A stretch of 63,423 nucleotides of DNA, the filler included, from Chiloscyllium plagiosum (lineage: Eukaryota): NCBI RefSeq assembly GCF_004010195.1. It is 6 parts of one record of this genome, joined end to end, with 100 filler letters (N's around TTAATTAATTAA, not from the genome) between each part and the next. Parts side by side here need not be neighbours in the genome. Positions count along the whole stretch, not along the records: positions 35,666 to 54,747 come from NC_057712.1; positions 54,848 to 58,846 come from NC_057712.1; positions 58,947 to 63,423 come from NC_057712.1; 3 more parts are not named here. One strand, 5' to 3'. Below the pieces are notes generated by a model, which did no database searches, was not told the origin of the DNA, and saw nothing but the letters and a program-made list of their open reading frames with translations. Of this stretch, positions 51,726 to 63,423 are shown piece by piece. Each line of letters begins with the position of its first letter. The stretch's first letter is position 1. Both the position numbers and the translations under genes were made by a program.

Positions 51726-52499
51726 CTGAAAAACAGAAAAAGACACATTCAACAATACACAGTACATGACTCAAAAATTTGTGACAAACATTTTAGTTGT
51801 ATTTAAGATTTTGTGTATAACTTCTCAATAATTTTTATGAAAACAATCCAAAATGTGTTTCTATAAAGTATGAAAGTGAATAAAATAAATTACACTGTTG
51901 TGGAGCTTAAAAACAATTATTTGTTAAAATGTAAAAATCACTTTTTACCATTTTATGAAGTCTAACTAATACTAAACTATTGTGCATCAAGGCAAGATGT
52001 TTGGTAGGGGCTACTCAAGTAGAATTCAGCTGTCATTAACACTAGTAAATATACTGAAAGTATAATCAACATATAAATTTAACACTAGTCTGTATTTTAG
52101 ACAACAGCTGTGCATTATTTATGCAGGAGATACATTAATCTTATGCTGTTATACTTGAAATGCTAATCATCCAAGTGGCACTGCTTTGTAGCACATGGCC
52201 TATGAGTACAAACTCACTGTTTATATGCATGACATCAACACTAGATGTGAGCAAGCCATTATTGTGTGCATTCTCAGTGTAAATAAACCATTAAACTTGC
52301 AAATTGACAAAGTATTACTTTCTAGCTGCCTGACCGGTAAATAGAAAAAGTTACGGTGAGGAGACTAATTACAACATAGAGAATTGTTTTGTACACTTAT
52401 AAAAGATAAGAACATTCATTGTTTGATCCAGAAAGACAAAGTTTTTTAAAACTTTTTTTTATACTAACACAAATAAATACTAATAATTAAGCTAAAAAA

Positions 52500-53710
52500 T
52501 GAAAATCTTATTAATAATAATAATAATAATAACAACAGCTGTAACAAAGTTCAGCAAAACAAAACAATGGCCCTCTATCATCAAGTGCAAAAGTTTATAC
52601 ATATTCATATGTTTGCAGTTCCTCCCTTCTGGATACCAAACCCATTTCTTAGAATTGCCATGGCTATATAAAGGCTCTTATTAATATGGCGGACAAATCT
52701 GAACCCAGATAGTCCAAAAAGGGCCGTCACATCTTACAGAAATCCTCAGTTTTATGGTGCACCACCCTCGTCAGAAAGTCCAAGGGGATATGCTCCATCA
52801 CTAGCTTACACCAGCCTGCCAGCCCCAGGGGTTTTTCTGACATCCACCCTAATAGAATGTTCTTTCTGGCACATGAAGTGAGGATACTGAAAAGCCTTTT
52901 TTTGTGTGCATCTAATGAAAGAGAATTAAAGCCAAGAAGAGGAGATACCAGGTCCATTTCCACCTCCATCCCCAAGGCCTTATCTATTTTGCCTACCACA
53001 GCGCTCCAGTATACTCGCTGTCTATAACGGGACCAAAGACAATTAGTCAGGTGCCCATGCTCACTTTACATTTATCACAAGCGGCTGCTAATTAAATTGA
53101 CTAAATTGCAGTTACCTTACAGACTGCTATTCTTAGAAAAAATGAGAACAGTGAAGGAATATTGCTATAGCCCAACAGTCATCAACACTGCCAAGGCATG
53201 GAGGGCAATGCAACAGAGCGAGGGCAATATTGCCAAAACTTCATTTTTGAAACCCATTGTTTGTATGCTGGGCTTTCAGCCAGGGATGATGGACTCTGGG
53301 TTTAAACCATGGGCTGATGTCTTTTGACCAGTTGGCTTGGAAATACGAATTGCCCAGTAGGGACCTCTTTTGGTTCTTCCAAATTAGAAATTTCATACAA
53401 AGAGACCACACTTCTAACTGATCCTTATAGGCCGACATAGAAAAGAGGGTGTTGTGAGGGTATATTATTTGTTAGCAATGCTTATCATCAATTGGGAGAG
53501 GGCTCCTCGGACAAGACCGAACGGCTTTTCGATATGGGAGAGGGAGTGGGATGTTGAGATATCTTCTGAAATATGGGAGGACATCTGGGAAAATGCAAGA
53601 AGGATCTTGATTTGCAACAGGACCCACGCTTTGCGATTGAAGAGTCTCCACATAGTCCATCTGGCCCCAAAGCGCCTCGCTAAATTTAAAGTGGGAGCAT
53701 CTCCAAAAAT
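52500..53710. mobile_element. L1-clade LINE 3' fragment with an inverted 5' segment
   Basis: Minus segment ~53080-52500 (CDKCK...ARKNILLGW...) and plus segment ~53085-53708 (...IWEDIWENARRILICNR...LAKFKVGASPK). Confidence 0.7.
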
Positions 53711-54496
53711 TTTAAATTTAAAATGAAAAATAATTAGAAATGATGAACAATCATTCAGCAGCTTTCTGAATTACACATGTAAAATGAAAAAAATCAATAT
53801 GCAACCAATTACATAGACAGCAGAATTCAAAAGGCAGATGTCCAGCATTTTCTCCAGGGCAATAGAGATGGACAATAAAATATTGGCCTGCAAGCGATGA
53901 CCAGTCCCACAAGAGAACTAAATATTTCTTTGTAATTTAGCTTTCTTTACTCACAGAAAAACTTTGGATCAAATATGAAACATCTCTTAATTGTATCACT
54001 GCCCCCCAGATACAACCGTTTATGCTGTCAAAAGAATTTACATAAAATCACTGAGCTTTTCTTCGATACGAACACCTCCACCAACCAGCCCATTTCCCAA
54101 ACTGTACCACAAAATTTTAAAAAAGTGCCGCATAATAAACCTCTAGAGACAAAAAAACTAATTAACTTTTATCATTTCACTCAAAGACTGCAGAGTCTTA
54201 AATACAACTTCCAACATGACAACCCATGGACAGTAAAAGTGGAAGACTGTGATCTGTTTCCATAACAACTGTATCTAGTCAGCCAGAAAATCTGCTAAAA
54301 CAGATTTAATAAATCTGCATGATCACTCTATGTCACTTATATCTGTGTGGGCTCATAATGAAGAGAGGCTGGTTTCCACTTAAAAGCAATGGGTAGTGCA
54401 GTTTCCTGTATATCAATCTGCAGGAAATTGAGTGCACATTCCCACCAAAAGATTAATGCCTCTTTCCCACAAAATTAGTGTTTACAAAGTTAATTT

Positions 54497-54747
54497 AGAG
54501 TCAGAGAGTCAAAGAGATATACAGCATGGAAACAGACCCTTCGGTCCAACCCGTCCACGCCGACCAGATATCCCAACCCAATCTAGTCACACCTGCCAGC
54601 ACCCGGCCCATATCCCTCCAAACCCTTCCTATTCATATACCCATCCAATTGCCTTTTAAATGTTGCAACTGTACCAGCCTCCACCACATCCTCTGGCAGC
54701 TCATTCCATACACGTACCACCCTCTGCGTGAAAAAGTTGCCACTTAG
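54497..54747 (-). mobile_element. CR1 3' end
   Basis: Same family as 33590 and 43500-43780. Confidence 0.85.
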
Positions 54748-54847
54748 NNNNNNNNNNNNNNNNNNNNNNNNNNNNNNNNNNNNNNNNNNNNTTAATTAAT
54801 TAANNNNNNNNNNNNNNNNNNNNNNNNNNNNNNNNNNNNNNNNNNNN
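54748..54847. other. Assembly spacer
   Basis: 44N-TTAATTAATTAA-44N. Confidence 0.98.
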
Positions 54848-55000
54848 CACTGACTCTACATCCCCTGACTCTAGGTCCCCCCCGTGCAAGGGACTGAATA
54901 TCCTCCCTTACCAACAAGGCCACCCCACCCCCTCTGCCCGTCAGTCTGTCCTTACGATAGCACGTGTAGCCTTGAATATTCATTTCCCAGGCCCTGTCCA
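54848..55000 (-). mobile_element. CR1 endonuclease fragment
   Basis: WEMNIQGYTCYRKDRLTGRGGGVALLVR. Confidence 0.8.
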
Positions 55001-55294
55001 GGGCCTGGACAGGATACTCAGGTAGTGGTGAGTACTTCCAGCTAAAGGCAAGTGGATGAATCTGGCTTGCACTGGTTGAAAAGAGCACCATAGGAGAATG
55101 GTGGGTTGTCAACGAGGTAAGTTTGGAATTATCAAAGAGAGAAATACTTCACAAAACTCATTGAAAATACCATTTAGCCAAAATATAGTAAGATTAATTT
55201 TTTTTTAATCAAGATGTGGTAAGTGGTGTGTCATAAGGGTTGGTGCTGAGATCTCAACTGAAACAATTGTAGTAGGATGAAACTTGGTGATATT

Positions 55295-56645
55295 GCTATC
55301 AGACTTACCTTGGACTACTCTTTTGAATCATTCTCATTCTTGGACTCATGCATCTCCATCAAGCACCTCAGTACCTCACTCTACTGCACTTCTGTAGCTT
55401 CCACTCTAAACATATTAAAACAGCCATTCCCTACAGACAAACCCTACGCACACATAGGATCTGTTCAGATGAGGAGGAATGCGACAGACACCTGAAGGTG
55501 CTGAGGGACGCCCACATAAGAACAGGATATGATGCTCAACTCATCGATCACCAGTTCTGACGTGCCACAGTGAGAAACCGTAATGATTTCCTCAGGAGAC
55601 AGACACAGGATATGACTGATAGGGTACCCTTCATCGTCCAATACTTCCCAGGAGCAGAGAACTACATCATGTTCTTTGCAGCCTGCAACACGTTATTGAT
55701 GAAGATGAGCACCTCACCAAGATCTTCCATATGCTTCCACTTCTCACCTTTAAATAACTGCCAAACCTTAAATAGACCATTGTTTGCAGCAAACCACCCG
55801 GCTTTCATGACAACCTCCAAACACAACCGTACAACCCTGTCCTGGCAACCACTGCAATACATGTCAAAGTGTCAACATGGATACTACTATTACACATAGG
55901 GACACCGAGGTAAAAACAATGACTGCAGATGCTGGAAACCAGATTCTGGATCAGTGGTGCTGGAAGAGCACAGCAATTCAGGCAGCATCCGAGGACAGGC
56001 AAAATCGACGTTTCGGGCAAAAGCCAAGCTGTGCTCTTCCAGCACCACTGATCCAAATAATGTTGCCAGTGGATCCAAAGAAAGGGAATTCATGGAATGC
56101 TTACAGGATGGCTTTTTGGAACAGCTTGTCATGGAGCCCACAAGGGAGCAGGCTATTCCGGACCTAGTGCTATGTAATGAACCATACTTTATAAAAAATC
56201 TTAAAGTAAGCGGGTGTCTCGGAGATGTTCCCTAAAGCGCTCTGCTAGGAGGCGCCCAGTCTCCCCAATGTACATAGGGACACCACCTACCGCATGCGCA
56301 TCAGGTACTCCTGTGACTCAGCCATCATTGTCTTTCTCATACACTGCAGGCAAGGATGCCTAGAGGCATGGTATATTGGTGAAACCATTGCAGACGCTAC
56401 AATAGTGGATGAATGGATACCATGCAACAATTGCCAGATAGGGATGTTCCCACCCAGTGGGGAAACACTTTAGTAAGTCAAGGACATTCGGCCTTGGATC
56501 TTTGGGTAAATGTCCTCCAAGGTGGACTTCAGGATATCCAACAAAACAGAGTCGCCGAGCAAAGGCTGATAGCCAAGTTCAGTACCCATGAGGATGGCTT
56601 CAATTGTGAACTTGGGTTCATGTCACACTACAAGTGACCCCACCA
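55295..56645 (+). mobile_element. Decayed Penelope-like element (thumb and GIY-YIG) hosting a composite insertion at 55907-56271
   Basis: IKTAIPYRQTLRTHRICSDEEECDRHL; WYIGET near 56370; EQRLIAKFSTHEDGFN. Confidence 0.8.
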
Positions 56646-58576
56646 CAGTATTATCTCTCTTGCTGTCTCGTCCCTCTCTTTCTCCCACAGGTGAATTTGC
56701 ATTTGCAGATACATTCTGTTTTGAAGAAAAAGGACACAATCTGTAGGCCGTCAGTCAGTGTGACATTTTATTGGTTCTTACTTTGGAAATAAAACCAGTC
56801 TGACTCCAATACAGCTAGACTCTAACCTCACATCTTAAAAGCATTGTGAAAAGGAGAAAAGACTACAAAAATAATTGAAAGGTTAAGTGAATCGGCAAAG
56901 ATATGACAAATGGATTATAATGTGGGAAAATGTGAAATTGACCACTTTGGCAAGATAAAGTTAGGGGAATTACATATGACAGAAATATTGTCTTCGATGA
57001 TTTCAGCCTAACCACAGACCAAAGACTTAGTAACTGGTAACTTAATGAGCACATCTGTTCCATGGCATAGTCACTGACCTGGTTAGTATTTTTGTAAAAC
57101 TCCTTATCCAATATGAGAGAGGGAAGTGTGGTTGAAAAATTACCATTGTGTGCAATGTATCTGTGTAGTGAGATATGCATATGGACTTCCACAGTACTAA
57201 GTTGTAGAGTGAAGTAAAGCCTTGAATCCCTTGTTTGATAGAGGTTGTTGTTAGATGAGTGATAAGGTATAGTCCATTAAGCAATGTCTGCAGCTACTGA
57301 TGCAGTTGATAGGATATGAAGATAATTGAAGATGCATTCAGTGATCATGACTAAGTTTGTCAGCACTGCATTCAAAATTATTGGAACTGAATTTAAAATG
57401 CTGTCTTCTCTGAGATTTTCTTTGTAAAGTTAATGATTTTACTAATGATTTTTGTGGCTTTAATAAACTTTCAATTGCTGAGGATAAAAGAAATGTGCAG
57501 ATTTTACAAGCACTAGGAACAAAAGCAAAGTGAGGCTAATTCTTTTTCAATCAAGGAAGCATTTTTGAATTTATGTAAAATGACCCAATTGCCTCTGACA
57601 ATGTCTTTTAAATGCAGACAGAATTTTTTGTTGACAGTTGTTACTTTTTAAGTTTTGGTAACAGCTTCGCTAATGCTGAATATACATTGGGCATCATTAA
57701 GTTTTGGGTTTTGAAATTTACAGAAGGAGATTGAGTTGCCAAATTGTGTTTTGAGGTCTTAATATTCATAACAGAGTCTATGTTTTCCTTTTAAATAAAT
57801 TACCTTGTTTTCCAGTCTATGTGAATATTAATTGTATGGCAAAGGATCCACTAGTTTTAATAATTTAAGAGCTCAATTGGAGACATTGGCAGACATCAAA
57901 TTCCACAGCATGATGACAAGTATGTCAGGAAGGAGGCTGAACATGTGTAAACATGAATAATAGTAGACAAAACAAGGAATAGACCAAGCCCTCCAACCAA
58001 TTGACAATGACTAGTAATATAATTCTCAATTATTCTTTTGTACTGCTATTCAAATACTGTAATGTACTAAATAAGTTTAAATAAAATTATAACTGTTACA
58101 AATATGCATTCAACTTTAATCTATTGAAGAGTCACGACAAATTTATTACAGATAGGTAAACGATGCTAGCTGTTTTTGAAGATAAAAGCAAAGAAATACA
58201 TATTGGAAGTAAGAATGCAAAAAGGAATATTGAGATGTTAAACAGAGGAGCAGAATGTTGCAGCTACACTGTTCACCATAAGTGGTGACATAAGTAGAAA
58301 GAACTATTAAAAGACTAATACAACTCTACATGCATTTAGAGACACAGAATAAAAAGGAGGCAGGTGACCTCATTACAAGATGTTATTAATGTCCAGTTGA
58401 GTACTGTTAACAGGTTTGACCACTTCCCCGGTATAAGAAAAAGAACCCATGGGAAAGAATCACCAGGATGTTATTAGGTATGGGAGAGTTATAATTAGAA
58501 TAAGATAGAACATTTCAACTTCATTGGGGCCAGGGGTCAACTATTTATCATGTACACCATTTCTGCTTATTTGAAG

Positions 58577-58846
58577 AGAAAGTGAGGACTGCAGATGCTG
58601 GAGATCGGAGCTGAAAATGTGTTGCTGGAAAAGCGCAGCAGGTCAGGCAGCATCCAAGGAACGGGAGAATCGACGTTACGGGCATAAGCCCTTCTTCAGG
58701 AATGAGGAAAGTGTGTCCAGCAGGCTAAGATAAAAGGTAGGGAGGAGGGACTTGGGGGAGGGGCGTTGGAAATGCGATAGGTGGAAGACAGGCCGCCTAC
58801 TTGCGGAATGTTTCAGAGAACACCTCTGGGACACCCGGACCAACCA
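58577..58846 (-). mobile_element. PLE 3' end/pLTR followed by an inverted GIY-YIG piece
   Basis: pLTR with CCTGAAGAAGGGCTTATGCCCG on -; from ~58788 TGRLLAECFREHLWDTR on +. Confidence 0.75.
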
Positions 58847-58946
58847 NNNNNNNNNNNNNNNNNNNNNNNNNNNNNNNNNNNNNNNNNNNNTTAATTAATT
58901 AANNNNNNNNNNNNNNNNNNNNNNNNNNNNNNNNNNNNNNNNNNNN
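58847..58946. other. Assembly spacer
   Basis: 44N-TTAATTAATTAA-44N. Confidence 0.98.
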
Positions 58947-59953
58947 AGTAGTTGAAGGGAGTTTCTTGAAATGGAGAAAGGTGACCAGTGGTGTTCCACC
59001 GGGATCAGTGTTGGGATCACTGTTGTTTGTAATATATATAAATGATCTGGAAGAGGGTACTGTTGGTATGATCAGCAAGTTTGCAGATGACATGAAGATT
59101 GGTGGAGTAGCAGAAAGCATAAGGGACTATCAGAGAATACAAGAGGATATAGATAGGCTGGAGAGTTGGGTGGAAAAGTGGCAGATGGCTTTCAATCCAG
59201 ACAAATGTGAGGTGATGCATTTAGGCAAGACTAATTCTAGAGCAAATTATACAATGAACGGAAGAGCCTTGGGAAAAGTTGATGGGCAGAGAGATGTCCA
59301 TTGTACCCTGAAGTTTGCTGCACAGGTGGATAGAGTGGTCAAGAAGGCATATAATATGCTTGTCTTCATTGGACGGGGTATTGAGTATAAGAGCTGGCAA
59401 GTCATGTTAAGATTGTACAAGACATTGGTTCGGCCGCATTTAGAATACTCTGTACAGTTCTGGTCACCACATTACCAAAAGGATGAGGATGCTTTGGAGA
59501 AGATGTTGCCTACTATGGAAGGTGCTAGCTATGAAGAAAGGTTGAATAGGTTAGGTTTATTTTCATTAGAAAAAAGGACATTGAGGGGAGACCTGATTAG
59601 GTTTACAAAATCATGAAGGGTATAGACAGGGTGGATAGAGACAAACTTTTTCCCCAGGGTGAAGGATTCAATAATGAGAGGTCACGCTTTCAAGGTGAGA
59701 GGTGGAAAGTTTAAAGGGGATACAAGCGGTAAGTACTTCACACAGAGGGTGGTGGGTGTTTGGAACGCAGAGGTGGTAGAGGCAGGTACAGTAGATTCAT
59801 TTAAGATGCGTCTGGACAAATGCATGAGTAGGTGGGGAGCAGAGGGACACAGATGCTAAGGAATTGACGACAGTTTTATACAGCACATTTGGATCGGCTC
59901 AGGCTTGGAAGGCCGAAGGGCCTGTTCTTGGGCTGTAAATTTTCTTTGTTCTC
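58947..59953 (+). mobile_element. CR1 LINE, RT to 3' end
   Basis: ORF 58966-59616 (SGVPPGSVLG, KFADDMK, VRPHLEYSVQFWSP). Confidence 0.9.
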
Positions 59954-59954
59954 T

Positions 59955-61850
59955 GTAAAGGAAAGCATACCAAACGCCTTCTTCACTATCCTATCTACCT
60001 GCGATTCCACTTTCAAGGAGCTATGAACCTGCACTCCAAGGTCTCTTTGTTCAGCAACACTCCCTAGGACCTTACCATGAAGTGTAGAAGTCCTGCTAAG
60101 ATTTGCTTTCCCAAAATGCAGCACCTCGCATCTATCTAAAATAAACTTCATCTACCACTCCTCAGCCCATTGGCCCATTGATCAAGATCCCTTTGTAATC
60201 TGAGGCAACCTTCTTCACAGTCCACTACACGTCCAATTTTGGTGTCATCTGCAAACTTACTAACTATACCTCTTATGCTCACATCTAAATCATTTATATA
60301 AGTGACGAAAAGTAGTGGACCGAGCACCGATGTTTGTGGCACTCCACTGGTCACAGACCTCCAGTCTGAAAAACCTCCACCACCCTATTTGCCAAAGCTA
60401 TCTCATGTCCCTTTTTTGCCTTCCTGATTTCCTTCTTAAGTATACACCTCCTGCCTTCATACTCTAAGGGTTCACTGAATCGCTCCTGTCTATACCTGAC
60501 ATATGCTTCCTACTTTTTCTTAACCAAACCCTCAATTTCTTTAGTTATCCAGCATTCCCTAGACCAACCAGCCTTTCCTTTCACCCTAACAGGAATATAC
60601 CGTCTCTGGATTCTCATTATCTCATTTCTGAAGACTTCCCATTTTTCAGCCGTTCCTTTACCTGCAAATGTCTGCCCCCTATCAGCTTTTGAAAGTTCTT
60701 GCCTAATACTGTCAAAATGAGCCTTCCTCCAATTTATAACTTCAACTTTTAGATCTGGTCTATGCTTCTCCATCACTACTTTAAAAATAACCGAATTATG
60801 GTCACTGGCCTCAAAGTGCTCCCCCACTGAGAGCTCAGTCACCTACCCTGCCTTATTTCCCAAGAGTAGGTCAGGTTTTGCACCTTCTCTAGTAGGTACA
60901 TCCACATACTGAATATAAAAATTTTCTTATACACACTTAAATTCCTCTCCATCTAAATCCTTAACACTATGGCAGACCCAGTCTATGTTTGGAAAGTTAA
61001 AACCCCGATCACATCCACCCTATTATTCTTACAGATAACTGAAATCTCCTTACAAGTTTGTTTCTCAATTTCCTGCTGACTATTAGGGGGTTTATAATAC
61101 AATCCCAATACAATCATGTACTCCCTTGCCTTGTTTATCCAGCTCAAGTGGAATCACCTTACACTGATCTGGATTGAATTCCATTTGCCACTGATCAGTC
61201 CATCTGACCAGCTCATCTACACCTCCTGTGATGTAAGGCAATCCTCCTATTTACCACTTCACCAATTTATGTAACAGCCGAGAACTTACTGATCAATCTT
61301 CCTACATTCAAGTCTAACTTATTTGTATACACAACAGGGATCCATGTGCTTCCAGTCACAAAATCACCCCTTGAACGTCACCCTGTGCTTCCTGCCACTT
61401 AGCCAATTCTGGCTCCAATTTGCCAAATTGCTTTGGATTCCATTGGCTCTTAACATTGCTATCAGCCTCCACGTGGGAACTTACCAAAAGTCTTGCTGGG
61501 ATCCTAGCAGAATACGTCAAATGCATTGCCTTATCTACACATCTAGTCACTTCAAAAAATTCAGTCAAGTTGGTCAAACATAACCTTCTTCTAATAAAAG
61601 AACGCTAATTTTTCTTAATCCCTGCCTCTCAAAGTGCAGATTAATTCTGTCTCTCAGAATTGCTTCCAAACATTACCCATCAAGTTAGACTGACTAATCT
61701 GTAGTTTCCTGGTTGATACCTTTCTCCCTAAAGGTACCACATTGGCTGTCCTGCAGTCCTCTGACACCTGAACTGTGGCCAGAGAGGAATCGAAAACTAT
61801 TGCCAGTGTTCCTACTGTTTACTCCCTTGCCTCACTTAGTAGCCTGGGCT
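59955..61850 (-). mobile_element. CR1 fragments with internal deletions (at least two copies)
   Basis: ORFs 59876-60151, 60148-60354 (FADDTK), 60510-60842 (SDHN) and 61356-61577 (TNLTEFFEVT). Confidence 0.8.
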
Positions 61851-62967
61851 ACTAAAAATCAAAGAGGAAAAGATTTTTAAAAAAGCAAGCTAGTATTAAA
61901 GGAAATTATAATCACAGCATGGCAGGAATGGACACAGTATATAAATCTACGTAGTGTGATAGCAGAAAAATGTGTGTGTTACAAAAACAGTAAAAAGACA
62001 AACAAAGACACAGTAAAATGAATGTATTGACAGCTTAAATAGATATAGATTTGTACGATCTGATCATCAATATAGACACATGACTATAAGGTGAGAAAGG
62101 CTAGAACTCAAAAGCAAATGAATTTGAAAGGGTAAGAAACTAGGAAGAGATGGATAAAAATGATCCAAATTAAAATTTATCCTTGATAAGTTTGGTAAAT
62201 AAATAGGATCAGATTCTTAAAATATAATGAGGAACAATAAGTGAAAGGTACAATTTTGTCAATGATAAATAAACAACACTATTTAGTAAAGATGCCAGGT
62301 TTAATTCACAAGTTCACAGACTGATTTCGAAGCTTCTGTTAACATTGTTAACATAGCCAAACTATAAGTGGCTATAGTTTGACCGAAATTATTTTTGGTT
62401 CTGAAGACCATCAATTTAAATATATTTATTTCACAATCTAGTATTGGTAAGAAGTTAATCTTTAAAAAATCTATGCTTACTAAAAAATGCTTAGATTTTT
62501 AGAACTGTTAAATATTCTGCACCTTAGATCTGGGTCTTTCTGGAAATGGAACTTAGCACCATCCAACGTAGGCTGCAAGCACTGCTAAATGAGATTTTTT
62601 TTGGAATAAACAAAGTAAAGCTTCTGCTTTCTTCCCAAACTGAACTTTTGATCTTGAATCATGAAAAAGCACTTTCTATTATCCAATTGTAATATCTCAG
62701 TTTCCCATACAAATTGCCTGTAAAGATCACTATCTTTATTTTTGGATTGGCGATCAAAATCACAAACGGATATTGCTTTAAACCAAGGAAGAACTCATGG
62801 AGAGTTGTATTACAACTGTTGCCTTGTTCAAGCAGTAGGAATGAAGCTGTTTACCCAGAGACAGTCTGTTGACTTTTGTTCCCACTTAGGAACAGTTCTG
62901 GGGATTGAGGATGCTCAGCATGACAACTCTGATTGTTCACCTACATTGTTTTTAACCTTGTTGATTT

Positions 62968-63423
62968 TAACAATGACTGCAGATGCTGGAAACCAGATTC
63001 TGGATCAGTGGTGCTGGAAGAGCACAGCAATTCAGGCAGCATCAGATGAGCAGCAAAATCGACATTTCGGGCAAAAGCCCTTCATCAGGAATAAAGGGCC
63101 TGAAGCGTGGAGAGATAAGCTAGAGGAGGGTGGGAGTGGGGCGAAAGTAGCATAGAGTACAATAGGTGAGTGGGGGAGGAGATGAAGGTGATAGGTCAGG
63201 GAGGAGAGGGTGGAGTGGATAGGTGGAAAAGGAGCTAGGCAGGTCGGACAAGTCCGGACAAGTCAAGGGGACAGTGCGGCGGTGGAAGTTTGAAACTAGG
63301 AAGAGGTGGGGGAAGGGGAAATGAGGAAGCTGTTGAAATCCACATTGATGCCCTGGGGTTGAAGTGTTCCGAGGCGGAAGATGAGGTGTTCTTCCTCCAG
63401 ACGTCTGGTGGTGAGGGAGCGAC
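62968..63423 (-). mobile_element. Penelope-like element 3' end with pLTR
   Basis: pLTR as at 13188 and 55907; on - LEEEHLIFRLGTLQPQGINVDFNSFL, a PLE GIY-YIG C-terminus. Confidence 0.85.
63055..63091 (-). ncRNA. Minimal hammerhead ribozyme motif (best-preserved copy)
   Basis: On -: TTCCTGATGAAGGGCTTTTGCCCGAAATGTCG, i.e. CUGAUGA, stem II GGGC/GCCC, GAAA. Confidence 0.7.

Noticed and set aside
62520..62590. Minus-strand exon-like segment
   Set aside because: Weak splice sites and no resemblance to the expected upstream ASCC3 exon (APMKALAAEM...ELTGD).

Overview
Eukaryotic vertebrate genomic DNA. The repeat families (CR1 LINEs, HE1-type V-SINEs, Penelope-like elements) point to a cartilaginous fish, probably a shark; this is an inference. 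The window is six segments joined by five identical 100-bp spacers (44 N + TTAATTAATTAA + 44 N), so adjacency across the gaps is not guaranteed. Host-gene content is small: three consecutive spliced exons of a HUNK-family (CAMK/AMPK-related) kinase on + (15358-15650, 18867-18922, 20599-20731), one exon of the Ski2-like helicase ASCC3 on - (51561-51725), and a decayed processed cyclophilin (PPIA-like) pseudogene on - (~32995-33450) that the ORF track misses. The rest is mostly transposon-derived: CR1 (one near-full-length copy), L2, L1, Penelope-like elements (PLEs), SINEs and Tc1/mariner-type MITEs. The most notable structures are: (i) short PLE-derived insertions carrying hammerhead-ribozyme cores, often folded back on themselves and flanked by 11-15 bp target-site duplications; (ii) a composite PLE/CR1 chimeric insertion; (iii) two ~45-bp minisatellites each traceable to a LINE segment, one with an inverted partner; (iv) an L1 with a twin-priming-type 5' inversion. 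Homology calls are from recognition of the sequence, not from database searches.
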